NCBI GenBank assembly: GCA_965112735.1
Contig: OZ218951.1
Coordinates: 744,001-808,000 of the forward strand
Length of the DNA: 64,000 nt
Source: Phaeosaccion multiseriatum
Lineage: Eukaryota > Protista > Ochrophyta, other classes
Direction of reading: 5' to 3'
Under the pieces are notes generated by a model. The model made no database searches. It worked only from the letters and a program-made list of their open reading frames with translations, and was not told where the DNA came from. The stretch's first letter is position 1; each line of letters starts with the position of its first letter. The position numbers and the translations under genes are program-made. Positions 24,293 to 38,277 of the stretch are shown here, in pieces.

Positions 24293-27200
24293 ATGGAGGT
24301 TGGGGTCGTTGTGACGGTTGTGGTGAAGAGTATATCAGCAATCATTGACCATGCAGAGCAGGTCAAATGCTTCCCCAAGCAGTGTAAGCGCATCGCCAAC
24401 CGGCTCAAGATGCTGGAGGAGCCTCTGCAGGCTCTCACCAGGGAAGGGGCTCACGAGGAGAGGTGTGAAGCCCTGCGCTTCCTGCTTACGCTGGTCCGGG
24501 AGATTGAGGACAAGCTCAGCAAGTATTCCGCTCCTCAGTCTTGGTGGAAGATGCACATGCGTATCAAGGCGCATACAGCCGTCTTTGCGGATTTCCACAG
24601 CCGCCTTAATGAATGCCTTCTACATCTCCAGCTGAGCGACAGGGTGAGGGCCAGCCTTGCGGCAGAGCAGGAAGAGGCGCACACTCAGAGGGACGAAGAC
24701 GAGGACATGACCAGATTGCTCCAAGATCTGGAGGTCATGAAGGAGAAGACGAGCATGATGGACGAGCGATACACGCAAGTGGTGGAGGCATTGAGGGCGA
24801 GTCGACTGCAGGCGGGGGAGAGGGTCTTGGGCTTCAAGGAGATCGACCTTTCCGATCTCGACTTTGATGAGAGCGGGGCGGGGTGTCTGGTGGGCCAGGG
24901 CAGCTTCGGGACTGTGAAAGTTGCCAAGTGGAGGAAAACGACGCCAGTGGCAGTGAAGCTGCTCACCGGTAATGGCGCGGCTCTGAGCACCAAGGAGCTG
25001 AAGGAGTTTCGCAACGAAGTCAAGGTCCACAACAGCCTGCGCCACGACTTCATCGTGCCTCTGTACGGCGCGTGCACAGTGGAGCCCACGCTGTGCGTGG
25101 TGATGGAGCTCGCTCCGGAGGGGAACTTGTACGAGTATCTGCAGATGCACGCCGCGTCGTGCGGCAGTGGGGAGCAGCAAGGAGGCCCAGACGCCCCTCC
25201 GTCGACGTGGGATGAGCGTGTGGCGATGCTGTACGACGGTGTGCGAGGCCTGGCCCACCTCCATGCGGAGGGCGTGCTGCACCGAGACGTCAAGAGCTTG
25301 AACTTCCTCGTGTACCCCAGCAACAGGGTCAAGGTGTGCGACTTTGGCATGGCCAAGGTAAGGGTGGCGGAGAAGAGGCAGCAGCAGACAGATCGTACAG
25401 GTTGTGCTCTCGGGGGCTGCCCTCCTCCTGCCCTCTTCCTCGCCTGTCTTCCTCTGACGCAGCAGCCACGCCCCCCCCCCCCCCTCCCCGCTTCTTGCTC
25501 GCTTAGATGAAGACAGGCAGCAGCTCCATGAGCACAGCTGGAGCAAAGTCGGTGGGGTCTTATCTTTGGATGGCTCCTGAGATTTATGATGAGGAGAAGG
25601 GTACACCTGCCACGGATGTGTACAGGTGAGGCAGAGAGGGAGGCGGCGTGTGGGTGAATGGCTGTATCTCTTTGCTTGCAAGCTGCCTGCGTAAGGAAGC
25701 TGCGTCAAAACTTGCTTTTGGGGTGAGGTGTGCCTCTCACTCTCTGTCGTACACACCCCCACGCCTGGCATGCCGAAGCAGTCGTTAAGGAGCCACCTCT
25801 CTGCCTCGGCGGACTGCCCCCAACGCACTGTGTCACTTCGTGTGGTCCACTGGAGCTCACACTCTTCGCTGTTTCTTCTTCTCCTTGCTCACTACTGCAC
25901 GTGCCTTCCTGCACAGCTTTGGCATGGTGATGTACGAGGTGCTGTCCTTCCAGCTTCCCTTCCAAGGACAGAGTCAGGCTCATGTATGTATGAGGGTGGC
26001 CGTGAAGCAGGAAAGGCCCCTCGTCCCGGAGACATGCGTGGTAGAGGACAAGCGCGTCGATGACCTCATGCGGCGTGCTGGCAGCAAGCCCCAGGTCAGC
26101 GACCCTCCAGCAGCGACGTCTCGCAAGCTTTGGGCGCCATAGTGGAGGAGAGAGGCGACCCACGTGGAGGTGGTGGCCGCTGGAGCCGCCCATCATCGCC
26201 TCGTCACCAACAAAGGGAGGAAAAGGAGGCGGATGCCCGAGCTTTTGGTGAAGCGAGCAAGTGGCCGGAGGAGGAGAGGAAGGATACGATCGCCAACAGT
26301 AACGCACCACCCCAAGGGCAAGTGGACTCTCCCTCTTCAGCATACCCCCCAACCGCACCCCCATCACCCTCTGGTACGGTACCCTCGTCCCAAGAGCAAG
26401 CAGCAGCGGCGTTGCCACCACCGACTCCAGCGGCAACAAAGAAGAAGAAGAAAAAGAAGAACAAGAACAAGGAGGAGGAGAAGCAGCAGAGCCCAGAAGA
26501 AGCATCAACGGACGAGGCGAAGAGGAACATCTCAAGCCTCATTGCTGGGCGGAAGTACGACCTCCTGGTGATGCTCCTGCACGAGAGCTACGATTGCGAG
26601 GGAGTTGGCGAAGTGACGAAGCACGAAGTGATGCAGCACGCCCTCGAGGCCATCGCGACCCTTCCTGGTCCGAGCAGCAGCTCCTCCGGTAGTGAGGGTC
26701 GAGGTGAGGCCTTGCTCCTTGCGCAGGCCGGGATGGACAAGGAAGTGGTTCGAGCACTATCGAAGCTCGCTCGGTCCGTGAACGTAGCACAAGCAGGGCT
26801 TGACGTTGTGACATACCTGGCCCGCGATGATGACGTCAGGGTCAGGCTCGGCGCGGAGGGTGCGTGCGAGGCTGTAACTGTGGTGATGACGAACCTGCTT
26901 TGCAGAGGTGTTCAGGAGCGAGCATTCAGGGCTATTGTAACTCTGAGCGGTGGAAACGAGGCCAACACCTTGAGATTCGGACAATCGGGTGCGTGCGAGA
27001 AAGTGTTGGCATCCATGGTGAACAACGCAGGGGACAGAGGGGTCCAAGAGCTGGCATGCAGAGCCGTTACCAATCTGAGCTTTGGAAACTTGCCCAACAG
27101 AAAGAGACTGGTCGATGCGGGTGCGGTCGAGGCAGCATTAGCGGCAATGGTGAAGTGCGAAGGGGACACAATTACCCAAGGGAATGCATGCACGGTTGTT

Positions 27201-29891
27201 GTGAATCTGGGGCTGGTGGAAACGGCCACCACCAGGAAGAGAGTGTCCAAAGCACTGATAACGACCATGCGAACTCACCTAACGGACAACGGGGTCCAAC
27301 AGTACGCATGCGCCATTGTTCGGCGACTCATCTCGGAAGGCCGCAGCACATACTTGGAGGCTTTGGGCGAGGAGGGTGCGTGTGAAGCCGTGGTGAGGTC
27401 CATGAGGACCCATGCAGGGGACAGAAAAGTCCAAGAGCAGGCATGCGGGGCTGTTTGGAGTCTGAGCGGTGGAAACGAGGCCAACAGGAAGAGACTGGGC
27501 GAGGCGGGTGCGTGCGAGGCGGTGGTGACGGCCATGGTGAAGCACGCAGAGGACATAAACGTCCAAAAGCAGGCATGCGGGGCTGTTTGGAGTCTGAGCG
27601 GTGGAAACGAGGCCAACAGGAAGAGACTGGGCGAGGCGGGTGCGTGCGAGGCGGTGGTGACGGCCATGGTGAAGCACGCAGAGGACAGAGGCGTCCAAGA
27701 GCAGGCATGCGGGGCTGTTTGGAATCTCAGCGCTGGAAACGAGGCCAACAAGAAGAGACTGGGCGAGGCGGGTGCGTGCGAGGCGGTGGTGACGGCCATG
27801 GTGAAGCACGCAGAGGACAGAAACGTCCAAGAGCAGGCATGCGGGGCTGTTTGGAATCTCAGCGCTGGAAACGAGGCCAACAAGAAGAGACTGGGCGAGG
27901 CGGGTGCGTGCGAGGCGGTGGTGACGGCCATGGTGAAGCACGCAGAGGACAGAAACGTCCAAAAGCAGGCATGCGGGGCTGTTTGGAGTCTGAGCTTTGG
28001 AAACGAGGCCAACAAGAAGAGACTGGGCGAGGCGGGTGCGTGCGAGGCGGTGGTGACGGCCATGGTGAACCACGCAGAGGACAGAAACGTCCAAAAGCAG
28101 GCATGCGGGGCTGTTTGGAGTCTGAGCTTTGGAAACGAGGCCAACAAGAAGAGACTGGGCGAGGCGGGTGCGTACGAGGCGGTGGTGACGGCCATGGTGA
28201 AGCACGCAGAGGACAGAAACGTCCAATACCAGGCATGCAGGGCTGTTTGGAATGTGAGCCGTGGAAACGAGGCCAACAGGAAGAGACTGGGCGAGGCGGG
28301 TGCGTGCGAGGCGGTGGTGACGGCCATGGTGAAGCACGCAGAGGACAGAAACGTCCAAGAGCAGGCATGCGGGGCTGTTTGGAATGTGAGCCGTGGAAAC
28401 GAGGCCAACAGGAAGAGACTGGGCGAGGCGGGTGCGTGCGAGGCGGTGGGGACGGCCATGGTGAAGCACGCAGGGGACAGAAAAGTCCAAGAGCAGGCAT
28501 GCGGGGCTGTTTGGAGTCTGACCATTGTAAACGAGGCCAACGGGAATAGACTGCGCAAGGCGGGTGCGTGCGAGGCGGTGGTGACGGCCATGGTGAAGCA
28601 CGCAGGGGACAGAGGCGTCCAAGAGCAGGCGTGCGGGGCTGTAAAAGAGCAGGCGTGCGGGGCTGGTTGGAGTGTGAACCGTGGAAACGCGGCCAACAGG
28701 AAGAGACTGGGCGAGGCGGGTGCGTGCGAGGCGGTGGTGACGGCCATGGTGAAGCACGCAGAGGACATAAACGTCCAAAAGCAGGCATGCGGGGCTGTTT
28801 GGAGTCTGAGCTTTGGAAACGAGGCCAACAAGAAGAGACTGGGCGAGGCGGGTGCGTGCGAGGCGGTGGTGACGGCCATGGTGAAGCACGCAGGGGACAC
28901 AGGAGCCCAAGAGCAGGCATGCGGGGCTGTTGTGAATCTGAGCTTTAGATACGAGGCCAACAAGAAGAGACTGGGCCAGGCGGGTGCTTGCGAGGCGGTG
29001 GTGACGGCCATGGTGAAGCACGCAGAGGACAGAAAAGTCCAAGAGCAGGCATGCGAGGCTGTTGTGGATCTGAGCGATAGAAACGAGCACAACAAGAAGA
29101 GACTGGGCGAGGCGGGTGCGTGCGAGGCGGTGGTGACGGCCATGGTGAAGCACCCAGAGGACAGAAAAGTCCAAAAGCAGGCAGGCGAGGCTGTTGTGAA
29201 ACTGAACGATGGAAACGAGGCCAACCAGAAGAGACTGGCCGAGGCGGTGGTGACGGCCATGGTGAAGCACGCAGAGGACAGAAAAGTCCAAGAGCAGGCA
29301 TGCAGGGCTGTTGTGAATCTGAGCTCTGGAAACGAGGCCAACGAGAAGAGACTGGGCGAGGCGGGTGCGTGCGAGGCGGTGGTGACGGCCATGGTGAAGC
29401 ACGCAGAGGACAGAGGCGTCCAAGAGCAGGCATGCAGGGCTGTTTGGAGTCTGAGCTTTGGAAACGAGGCCAACAAGAAGAGACTGGGCGAGGCGGGTGC
29501 GTGCGAGGCGGTGGTGACGGCCATGGTGAAGCACGCAGAGGACAGAAACGTCCAAAAGCAGGCATGCGGGGCTGTTTGGAGTCTGAGCGGTGGAAACGAG
29601 GCCAACAACAAGAGACTGGGCGAGGCGGGTGCGTGCGAGGCGGTGGTGACGGCCATGGTGAAGCACGCAGGGGACACAGGAGTCCAAGGGCAGGTATGCC
29701 GGGCTGTTTGGAGTCTGAGCACTGGTAATGAGGCCAACAAGATGAGACTGGGCGAGGCGGGTGCGACGGAGGCAGCATCGGCGGCGATGAAGCGCTACAG
29801 GTGGAACGGAGCATTCGAAGAACAGGCGAAGAGAATTCTGGAATGCAAGAGAGGGAGGATGCAGGCACTGAAGAAGCGACTGTTCAAGTAA
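24293..29891 (+). CDS. MLKL-like four-helix bundle + TKL-type protein kinase + armadillo-repeat array; exons 24293-25357, 25507-25625, 25917-29891, with a 1-nt frameshift at ~26075
   Basis: N-terminus AEQVKCFPKQCKRIANRLKMLEEPL...IEDKLSKYS...FADFHSRLNECLLHLQL resembles the MLKL N-terminal domain. Kinase motifs: GQGSFG, VAVK, EF.NEV, HRDVKSLN, DFG, GSYLWMAPE, DVYSFG, and CWQQAPGQRP after the frameshift. About 23 ARM repeats follow. Confidence 0.85.
27363..29747 (+). repeat. Coding tandem array: 18 near-identical 132-bp (44-aa) armadillo repeats
   Basis: Unit LGEAGACEAVVTAMVKHAEDxxVQxQACxAVxxLSxxNEANxKR. 18x132 + 24 (duplication) - 15 (deletion) accounts exactly for the span. Confidence 0.97.
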
Positions 29892-30432
29892 GAAGTGAAT
29901 GTTCAAGCGTGGCAACGGCCTTCTTGGCTCAATGAATATAAAGAGGCTCAAAAGTAAGACCCAAGCGTCTCTCTGCCTCATGATATCAGAGCCGTCCTGC
30001 GGTGTCCGCTCCTGCGCAGTGTAGTCCACCCCCTCCCTGCAGGTCGAACCGCTTCGAGTAGCCGTAGCACCACTTTGTTCACCAGCCAGGCAGGGCGAAG
30101 TATGGAAGCGGGGCAGCGAGGGGCAGCGCGCGAAGGAGCAGCGGTACTCACACCAGCAGGAGGAAGCGTCGGGTCCGTTAGCGAGGAAGGGATGAAGAGA
30201 GGGGAGGGATGTGAGCAACGGCCACATAACATCTGTTTCCTCCGGCCGGTCGCTCACTCTTGGCTGTGTCCATGCCTCCTCAGTCTGGCCAGTAGAAGAG
30301 CTCCACTCGAGGCCGACAGCAGTGCGCTCGCTCCTTCGTCAGTCATAAGTTAGACGGATAGCGAGAGTCGATGACATCTTATTGCAGAGGGCAGGCACGC
30401 AGACTCTGTCCTCATGGTTACTGGTACCACAT

Positions 30433-30558
30433 CATCAATCAAGCAATCGATTAGTCAATCAATAAATCAAGCAAAGACTACTCAATCAATCAACCAACCA
30501 ACCAACAAATCAGACAATTAACCAACCAACCAACCAACCAACCAATCAACCAATCAAG
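30433..30558. repeat. (CAAT/CCAA)n tetranucleotide microsatellite
   Basis: Runs of tcaa and ccaa units. Confidence 0.8.
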
Positions 30559-30562
30559 GACA

Positions 30563-32135
<1,573 letters not shown>

Positions 32136-32187
32136 TCACTCCCTCCCCCCCGCACTAACTCACTCACCTGGGACCGGTGTGCTCGCA

Positions 32188-33958
32188 TTACGCCCTCGCC
32201 CAGGGGCCTGCCGACTTTGGCCGCCTGCAATGTATGCCTCCATCTGCTCGGTCTCCTCTGTGCGGGCCCGTCCCTCCTCCCCCCCCGGGTCGACTCCCCC
32301 CTCCTGCTCCGTCCTCCGACTCCTGCCCTCCTCGCCATGGCCCCACGGCGCCGTCAAACTCAAACTCAAAGTGCTGCTGCTGCTGCTCCTCCTGCTGCCG
32401 AAGTGGACCAGGAGCAGAGGCGGCGGCGGCGGCAGCTGCTGCGGCGACTGCAGGGCTTGTACTGAGGGCCTTGGTGGGCATTTTGAAGCCCCCTCGGAGC
32501 ACCGCCTTCGCCCCCCCCCCTCCTCCTCCCGCCAAGTCGCTCTGATGGGTGGTGGGGCTGCTTGGGCCCCCGCCCCCCCAACCTCGCTCCACGGTGCCCC
32601 CCAGGGTCGGCGGCCCCGTTGCTGCGTCTCCATCATTCCTGTGAAGAGGTGAGTGTACGTAGTTTCAGTTTCGGGTTGGTTTATTTGTGTAGTAGGCTGG
32701 CTGCCTGACGAGTGATGAGTGTTCAAAGGAGTCATTCGATTTCCCCGCCCTACCGCCCGTCTCTGCCCGACGCTACTTGACACTAATTGAAACAAATTGA
32801 CAGTGCTTGACCATGATGCCAACTGCTTGACACTAATTGGCATTGCTGGACACTGCTTGACAATGCTTGACACCGGTTAACAATGCTTGACACTGCTTGA
32901 CACTGCCTGACACTGCCTGACACTGCTTGACAACGCTTGACAATACGTAACTTTGATGAGTAGCACTGACCCTGCTTGACACTGTCTGGCACTACTTGAC
33001 ACTACTCCTACTCATAGACACTGACTGCCGCTACTGATTGACACCACGCACCTGAAGGACGAAGCGGGTCTCTTCGACGCCGACTGCGGACGGCTAGACG
33101 AGGGCTGAGAGGAGGCCAGAGTCGACGCCCCCGACAGAGGCCTACTGGGCGTACGGGAAGTGTCCACCTCGGGCAGGAGAAGGGACGCCCCACCACCGAC
33201 ACCACCACCGCCTCCGCCCCCGCCCCCTCCTCCTGCTGTTCCTGCTGCTCTGCCGCTGCTGCTGGTGGTGTTGCGGCCCTTCTTGGCGAGGGGGCGATCA
33301 CAAGCGACGCAGGAGGGCACTAAGGACTTTCGACCGAAGCGGCTCTGGTCAGAGATTAAGACCTGTGTGGGGAGTGGGAGGGGAGAGGGTTTGAGAGGGA
33401 GAGAAGGGGGGGGGGGGGGATAGGGAGAGAGAGAGGCGGGAGTAGAGTGAGAGAGAGGGAAAGAGAGAAAGAGAGACAGAGAGAGTACGGGAGAGCAGAG
33501 TGAGCCTGACACGGACACCGAGACTGAGACTGATTGACTGACACCAGGTAGTACGAAACTGACACTTTCTGTAACTGCACCAGGCACTGACTGACGGACA
33601 CCGGGCAGTGACTGACCTGATCGTGCTTGGACAGAGCGGTATCGATGGCCTCGGCAACCTTCCTTCGGAGCTTCGTCTGCGCCTCTGCCCTGAGAGCCCC
33701 CGGGGGGCGGTGGTCGTGGAGAGCGGATATGGCCTCTTTAAGCTCCGCTCCGAAGCTCGTCTTTCCCAGGGGGGGAGGGAGGCAAGCAAAGGTGGAAAGC
33801 CAAGGGTGGGAGAGTAAGGGGGAGGAGGGGAGGGGGTGAGCTTGTACGGTCACGGACGCATCTCTCGTCCTCTGGTTCCTCTCTTTGTCTCAGTCTTGTT
33901 TGCTGTAACTTCTGACTGTCTCTCGCTCCCTCCCTCCCTCCCTCCCAACCTCTCTCTC

Positions 33959-33989
<31 letters not shown>

Positions 33990-36175
33990 CGCATCGCTCT
34001 TATGTGTATCCCTCCGTCCCTCCCTCCCTCTCTCTCTCTCTCTCACCACCCAACCCTCACTCACCTGCATCTCCTCCCTCCTGAGCTGCACCTCATCGTC
34101 ACTAAAGACAAGCTCATCAGGATTGGCTCCCACCACCACCCGCTGAATGGCCTCCCTGTCCGCCATGGCGGCGATGAAGGCGGCATAGTCTTGACCGAAC
34201 TTGGCAAGCACAAGACCGAAGTGGGGGGGGAGGACGGGAGGGACGAAGGTGCGGCTCTGGCTGGTGGCCTCGAGCTCGGAAACCAGTCTGTAGGTGCAGG
34301 ATATTTGTGTTTGTGTTTGTATTTGAGGAGGAGGAGGAGGAGGGGGGGGGGGAAGAGGAGGGGAGGGGGAGGAGGAGGAGGAGGGGTGAGGGAGGAGGAG
34401 GAGAAGGATGGGGGGTGAGGGAGGAGGAGGAGGAGGAGGGGAGGGGGAGGAGGAGGAGGAGGAGGAGGAGGAGGAGGAGCAGGAGGAGGAGGAGGAGTAG
34501 GGGGAGGAGTAGGGGAGGGGGAGGAGGAGGAGGAGGAGGAGGAGGGGAGGGGGGGGAGGAGGAGGAGGAGGAGGAGGGGAGGGGGAGGAGGGGGAGAAGG
34601 AGGAGGAGGAGGGGAGGGGGAGGAGGAGGAGGAGGAGAGGAGAGAAGCATAGAGAGGAGGGGAGGGGAAGGGAGTGGAGAGAGGAGGGCCGAGGATGGCA
34701 CTGGATGGCACTGCTGGGCAGGCGAGTAGAGGCGTACGGTCACATGCATGCAAGCACGATGCTCCGTTCGCTGACTTACTTGAGAACGGGCTCCAGGTCG
34801 GGCTTCATGGGCTGTGACGCGATCATCTCCCGGAGGCGTGAAACGGCCTCTTGTAGGCTGCGCAGGAGGGCCTCGTGACACCTTGAATACAGGCATATGG
34901 GTAGAGAGAGGAGGAGATGGGGGCAGACAGGCAGGCAGGCGCATAGGCAGGCGCATGGGTAGGCATATGGGTGGGCATGCGCGTCAGATGGCGGGCGGAA
35001 TACGAGAGGGAAAGGCGGTGGAAGCGCTGGTCATAGACTAGGGTAAGAAGCGATAGCATCGCGCCCTATCAATTAAGACATGCATGTGCGTACGTACGTA
35101 TAGAACATACATACGTAATCCTATACATCACGCAGACTTACTTGTCGGTGTGTTTCTCGTTCTCATCGCACCGCTGCGTGAGCTCTTCAAAGCCGTCCCT
35201 TGCCCTCCCCATCGCCCTCTCTGCCCTCGCCAGGCGTCCATCAAACTTGGCGGTGTCCTGTTTGCGCTCCTCCATCGCCGCCGTCAGCGCCTCTCCCTCT
35301 GCCACAAGCTGCTCGTTCATCTTCTCGCTCTGGGCAAGGCGGCCCTGGGGGGGTGTAATATGTCAATGGGTGGGTGCGCGGGTGAGTGATGGGCGGGTGC
35401 GTGGGGGGATGCGATGAGGAGTACTGAATGCATGTAGAGGTCTGGAGGGAGGGAGGGAGGGAGGGAGAGAAGGAGGGGGTGGCCAAGAGCCACGAACGCA
35501 CACACACTCACGCACGCACACACACATCCATAACACGCACGCACGCACATATGTAACATTACGTACCTCCACGGCCTTGGTCCTGGCCATCGCTGACGCC
35601 GCCTTACCCCCCGTCACAGCGAGTGAGTCGAGCAAGCGCCCCTGCTGGGCAAGCAGCTCTGCGTACTTGTCGGCAAGGCTGCTGTCAAGCTCCTGAGGAA
35701 AAGTGGCGTTACGTTAGGAGGGTGACGATGCGTTAGGGGGGGTGGGGTGACGATTCTACCCACTGACTTACTCTATCCACTGACATACTCTCTCCACTGA
35801 CGAAACGAAGTAACTACTTACCTTGAGGGCGGCTTGTGTGGTTTCCGCGTTGTGCTGCACGGTCTCTGGCAGGCTCGTCTCGAGCTGTTGCATCCTCTGA
35901 GTGAGGTCTTCAGCAGTGCCGTTCATGTCCTCCAGGACAGGGGCAATGACCTGCCGAGGAGGACGGGGGAAGGGAGAAAGGGGTATGGGTATGTGTGGGG
36001 GGGGGGAGGGAGGGAGGAAGGGAGGGAAGGGGAGTTGTGAGCGGGGCAGCAAGAAGAGCGGTAAGAGGATGCAGCAAGGCAGTGCAGGAGGGGTCTGACC
36101 CTCTCTTACAGTGCGGGGGACGTAAGAAGCTTACGTGAAGCTTACGTGTTCATCCATTGACTCACACCCACGCAC

Positions 36176-36215
<40 letters not shown>

Positions 36216-38228
36216 CTCTCCCTTCTCTCCCCCCCCTCCCCTCACACCCCCACCCCCCCCGGTGCTCCCCTCCTCTCGCCATGCACCGCTCACCTCTCTA
36301 GTGAGGTGGTGCTGCTGCTGAGCAAGCCGCTTGTACTTGGCCTCGAGGTGGGCGACTCCCTGCCTGTGGCGGCGTTTGAGCTTGGCGATGTCCCCGTCTC
36401 GGAGTCCGTCGAGCTCGCGGGCAAGGAGGAGGGTTTGTCCTGCCACATCGCTGCCAAGGAACTTCATCTGTGGGGAGCGGGGGGCACGGGAGGGGAGGGA
36501 GGGGGGCACGGGAGGGGAGGGAGGGGGGCAGGGTGGGGTGAGGGGTGAGTGACGACTGCGGCCGTTTCAGCTGCTACTCTGAGTGTGTGTCTGATCTTTC
36601 CTTCCTTCCTTCGCTCCTTCGTTCGTTCGTTCGTTCATTCGTCCGTTCGCTTGATCGTCTCGCCCTCCCTCCCTCCCTTCCTTCGCTCCTTCCTTCCTTC
36701 GCTTCTTCCTTCCTTCCTTCCTTCCTTCCTTCCTTCCTTCCTTCCTTCCTTCCTTCCTTCCTTCCTTCCTTCCTTCCTTCCTTCCTTCCATCCTTCCTTC
36801 CTTCCTTCCTTCCTTCCTTCCCCGCCCGTCTCTTTACCTTTTCTGTCAAGCTCTGGAGCATAGTCCCTCTTGAAGCGCCCCCCGCCCGCCCTTCTTCATC
36901 CGTGGCCCCACCTCCAAAGGGGCGGCGACGACGAGAGGGAGGCGAAGTACCGAACGTCGTCGCCAACATTGCCTTGTCCCGGAGCAGCCCCCTGCCCCCC
37001 CCGTGGCTTGTAGTGCCGCCCCCCCGCCCCCCCCCACGCTCGACACCCCCCCTCTTGCCCCTCTTGCCTCTCTTCCCGCCCATCCTCCCCAGCACGTCCT
37101 TCACTCGACCCCTGTCGGTGGGGCCTATCGGGCCTGCCACTGTATCACCAACCCCTCCGGTAGAGGCCGCCACTACTCCTTCAGTGACGGCTTCCGTGCC
37201 AGTTTCAGTTTCGCCTTCTTCGCCCCTGTCTTGCGGCTTCATGTTATTTTCTGCAGCAGGACCAGAAGAAGGAGAAGAAGGAGCAGAATAGGAAAGAGAA
37301 GAGGATGAAGATGCGCGCTGTACAGGCTGCCCATCCTCTGTCCGCCCTCCTCCTCCTCCTCCTCCTCCTCCTCCTCCTCCTCCTCCTCCTCCTCCTCCTC
37401 CTCCTCCTCCTCCTCCTCCTCCTTCTCCTCCTCCTCCTCCTCCTCCTCCTCCTCCTCCTCCTCCTCCTCCTCCTCCTCCGGCGGCTCCTGCGCGAGCTGA
37501 GCTCAGTCCCTCTCCCCCGACGGGAGTGTGCACAAAGTCTCTCCCTTCGTAGCTCGGGAGACGATGTAGCAAGCGCCCCTTCCCTCCGTCCTCTTCCTCC
37601 CCTCCCTTCCCTCCCTCCCCTCCTGGCAAGCTCGACAGCGACTCTGGGCCTGGGGATGGGGCTGTGGCTGCAGCTGGACCTGCGGTTACCTGCCTGTCTC
37701 CTCCCTCACCCCCTCTCGTAGCTGCCTCTCTCTCTCCGCTACTCTCGCCAACCTTCATCGTCGTAGGCGGGTCTCTTCCTCCCCCCCCTCCGTCTCCTTC
37801 TCCCTCCCCACCTCTTTCTTCCGGTCCAGCCGACGAGGGCGGACCAACAACGAGGCCTGTACCCCCCTCCTCGTGCTCAGGGTCGCTGCCAGAGCTCCTC
37901 CCGGAGTCGTTATCATCGCCGACGCTGGTGCCGTTGGACCCGCCGTAACCGTCGAAACCGTCGGAACCGTTTTCATGGTCCTGCTCGGCGAGATGGTCAT
38001 TATCGTAGTCACAGTCACTGTCGTCGTCATCAGAGAAGAGGAGGCATTGCCGGCGCCACTGCATCCACGCCGCTCGGATGCGGTACGTCAGCAGCTGAGT
38101 CATGTACTGGCGCATGGTGCGGCCGGCCTGACACCAGGGACGGAGGTCACAGATGGCAGAGGAGAGATGGGTGTGAGAGATGAAGGGCAGGCAGGTAGTC
38201 AGGGTGAGGGATAGGGTTACATCGAGGA

Positions 38229-38277
<49 letters not shown>

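Noticed and set aside
27363-29747. CRISPR-like repeat/spacer appearance
   Set aside because: The units are 132-bp in-frame coding repeats with homologous variable parts, not unique spacers. The context is eukaryotic and there are no cas genes.
27275-30257. Long antisense and alternative-frame ORFs (821 aa, 992 aa, 368 aa etc.) over the ARM array
   Set aside because: These are shadows of a tandem unit that lacks stops in several frames. Only the + frame gives a recognisable ARM consensus.
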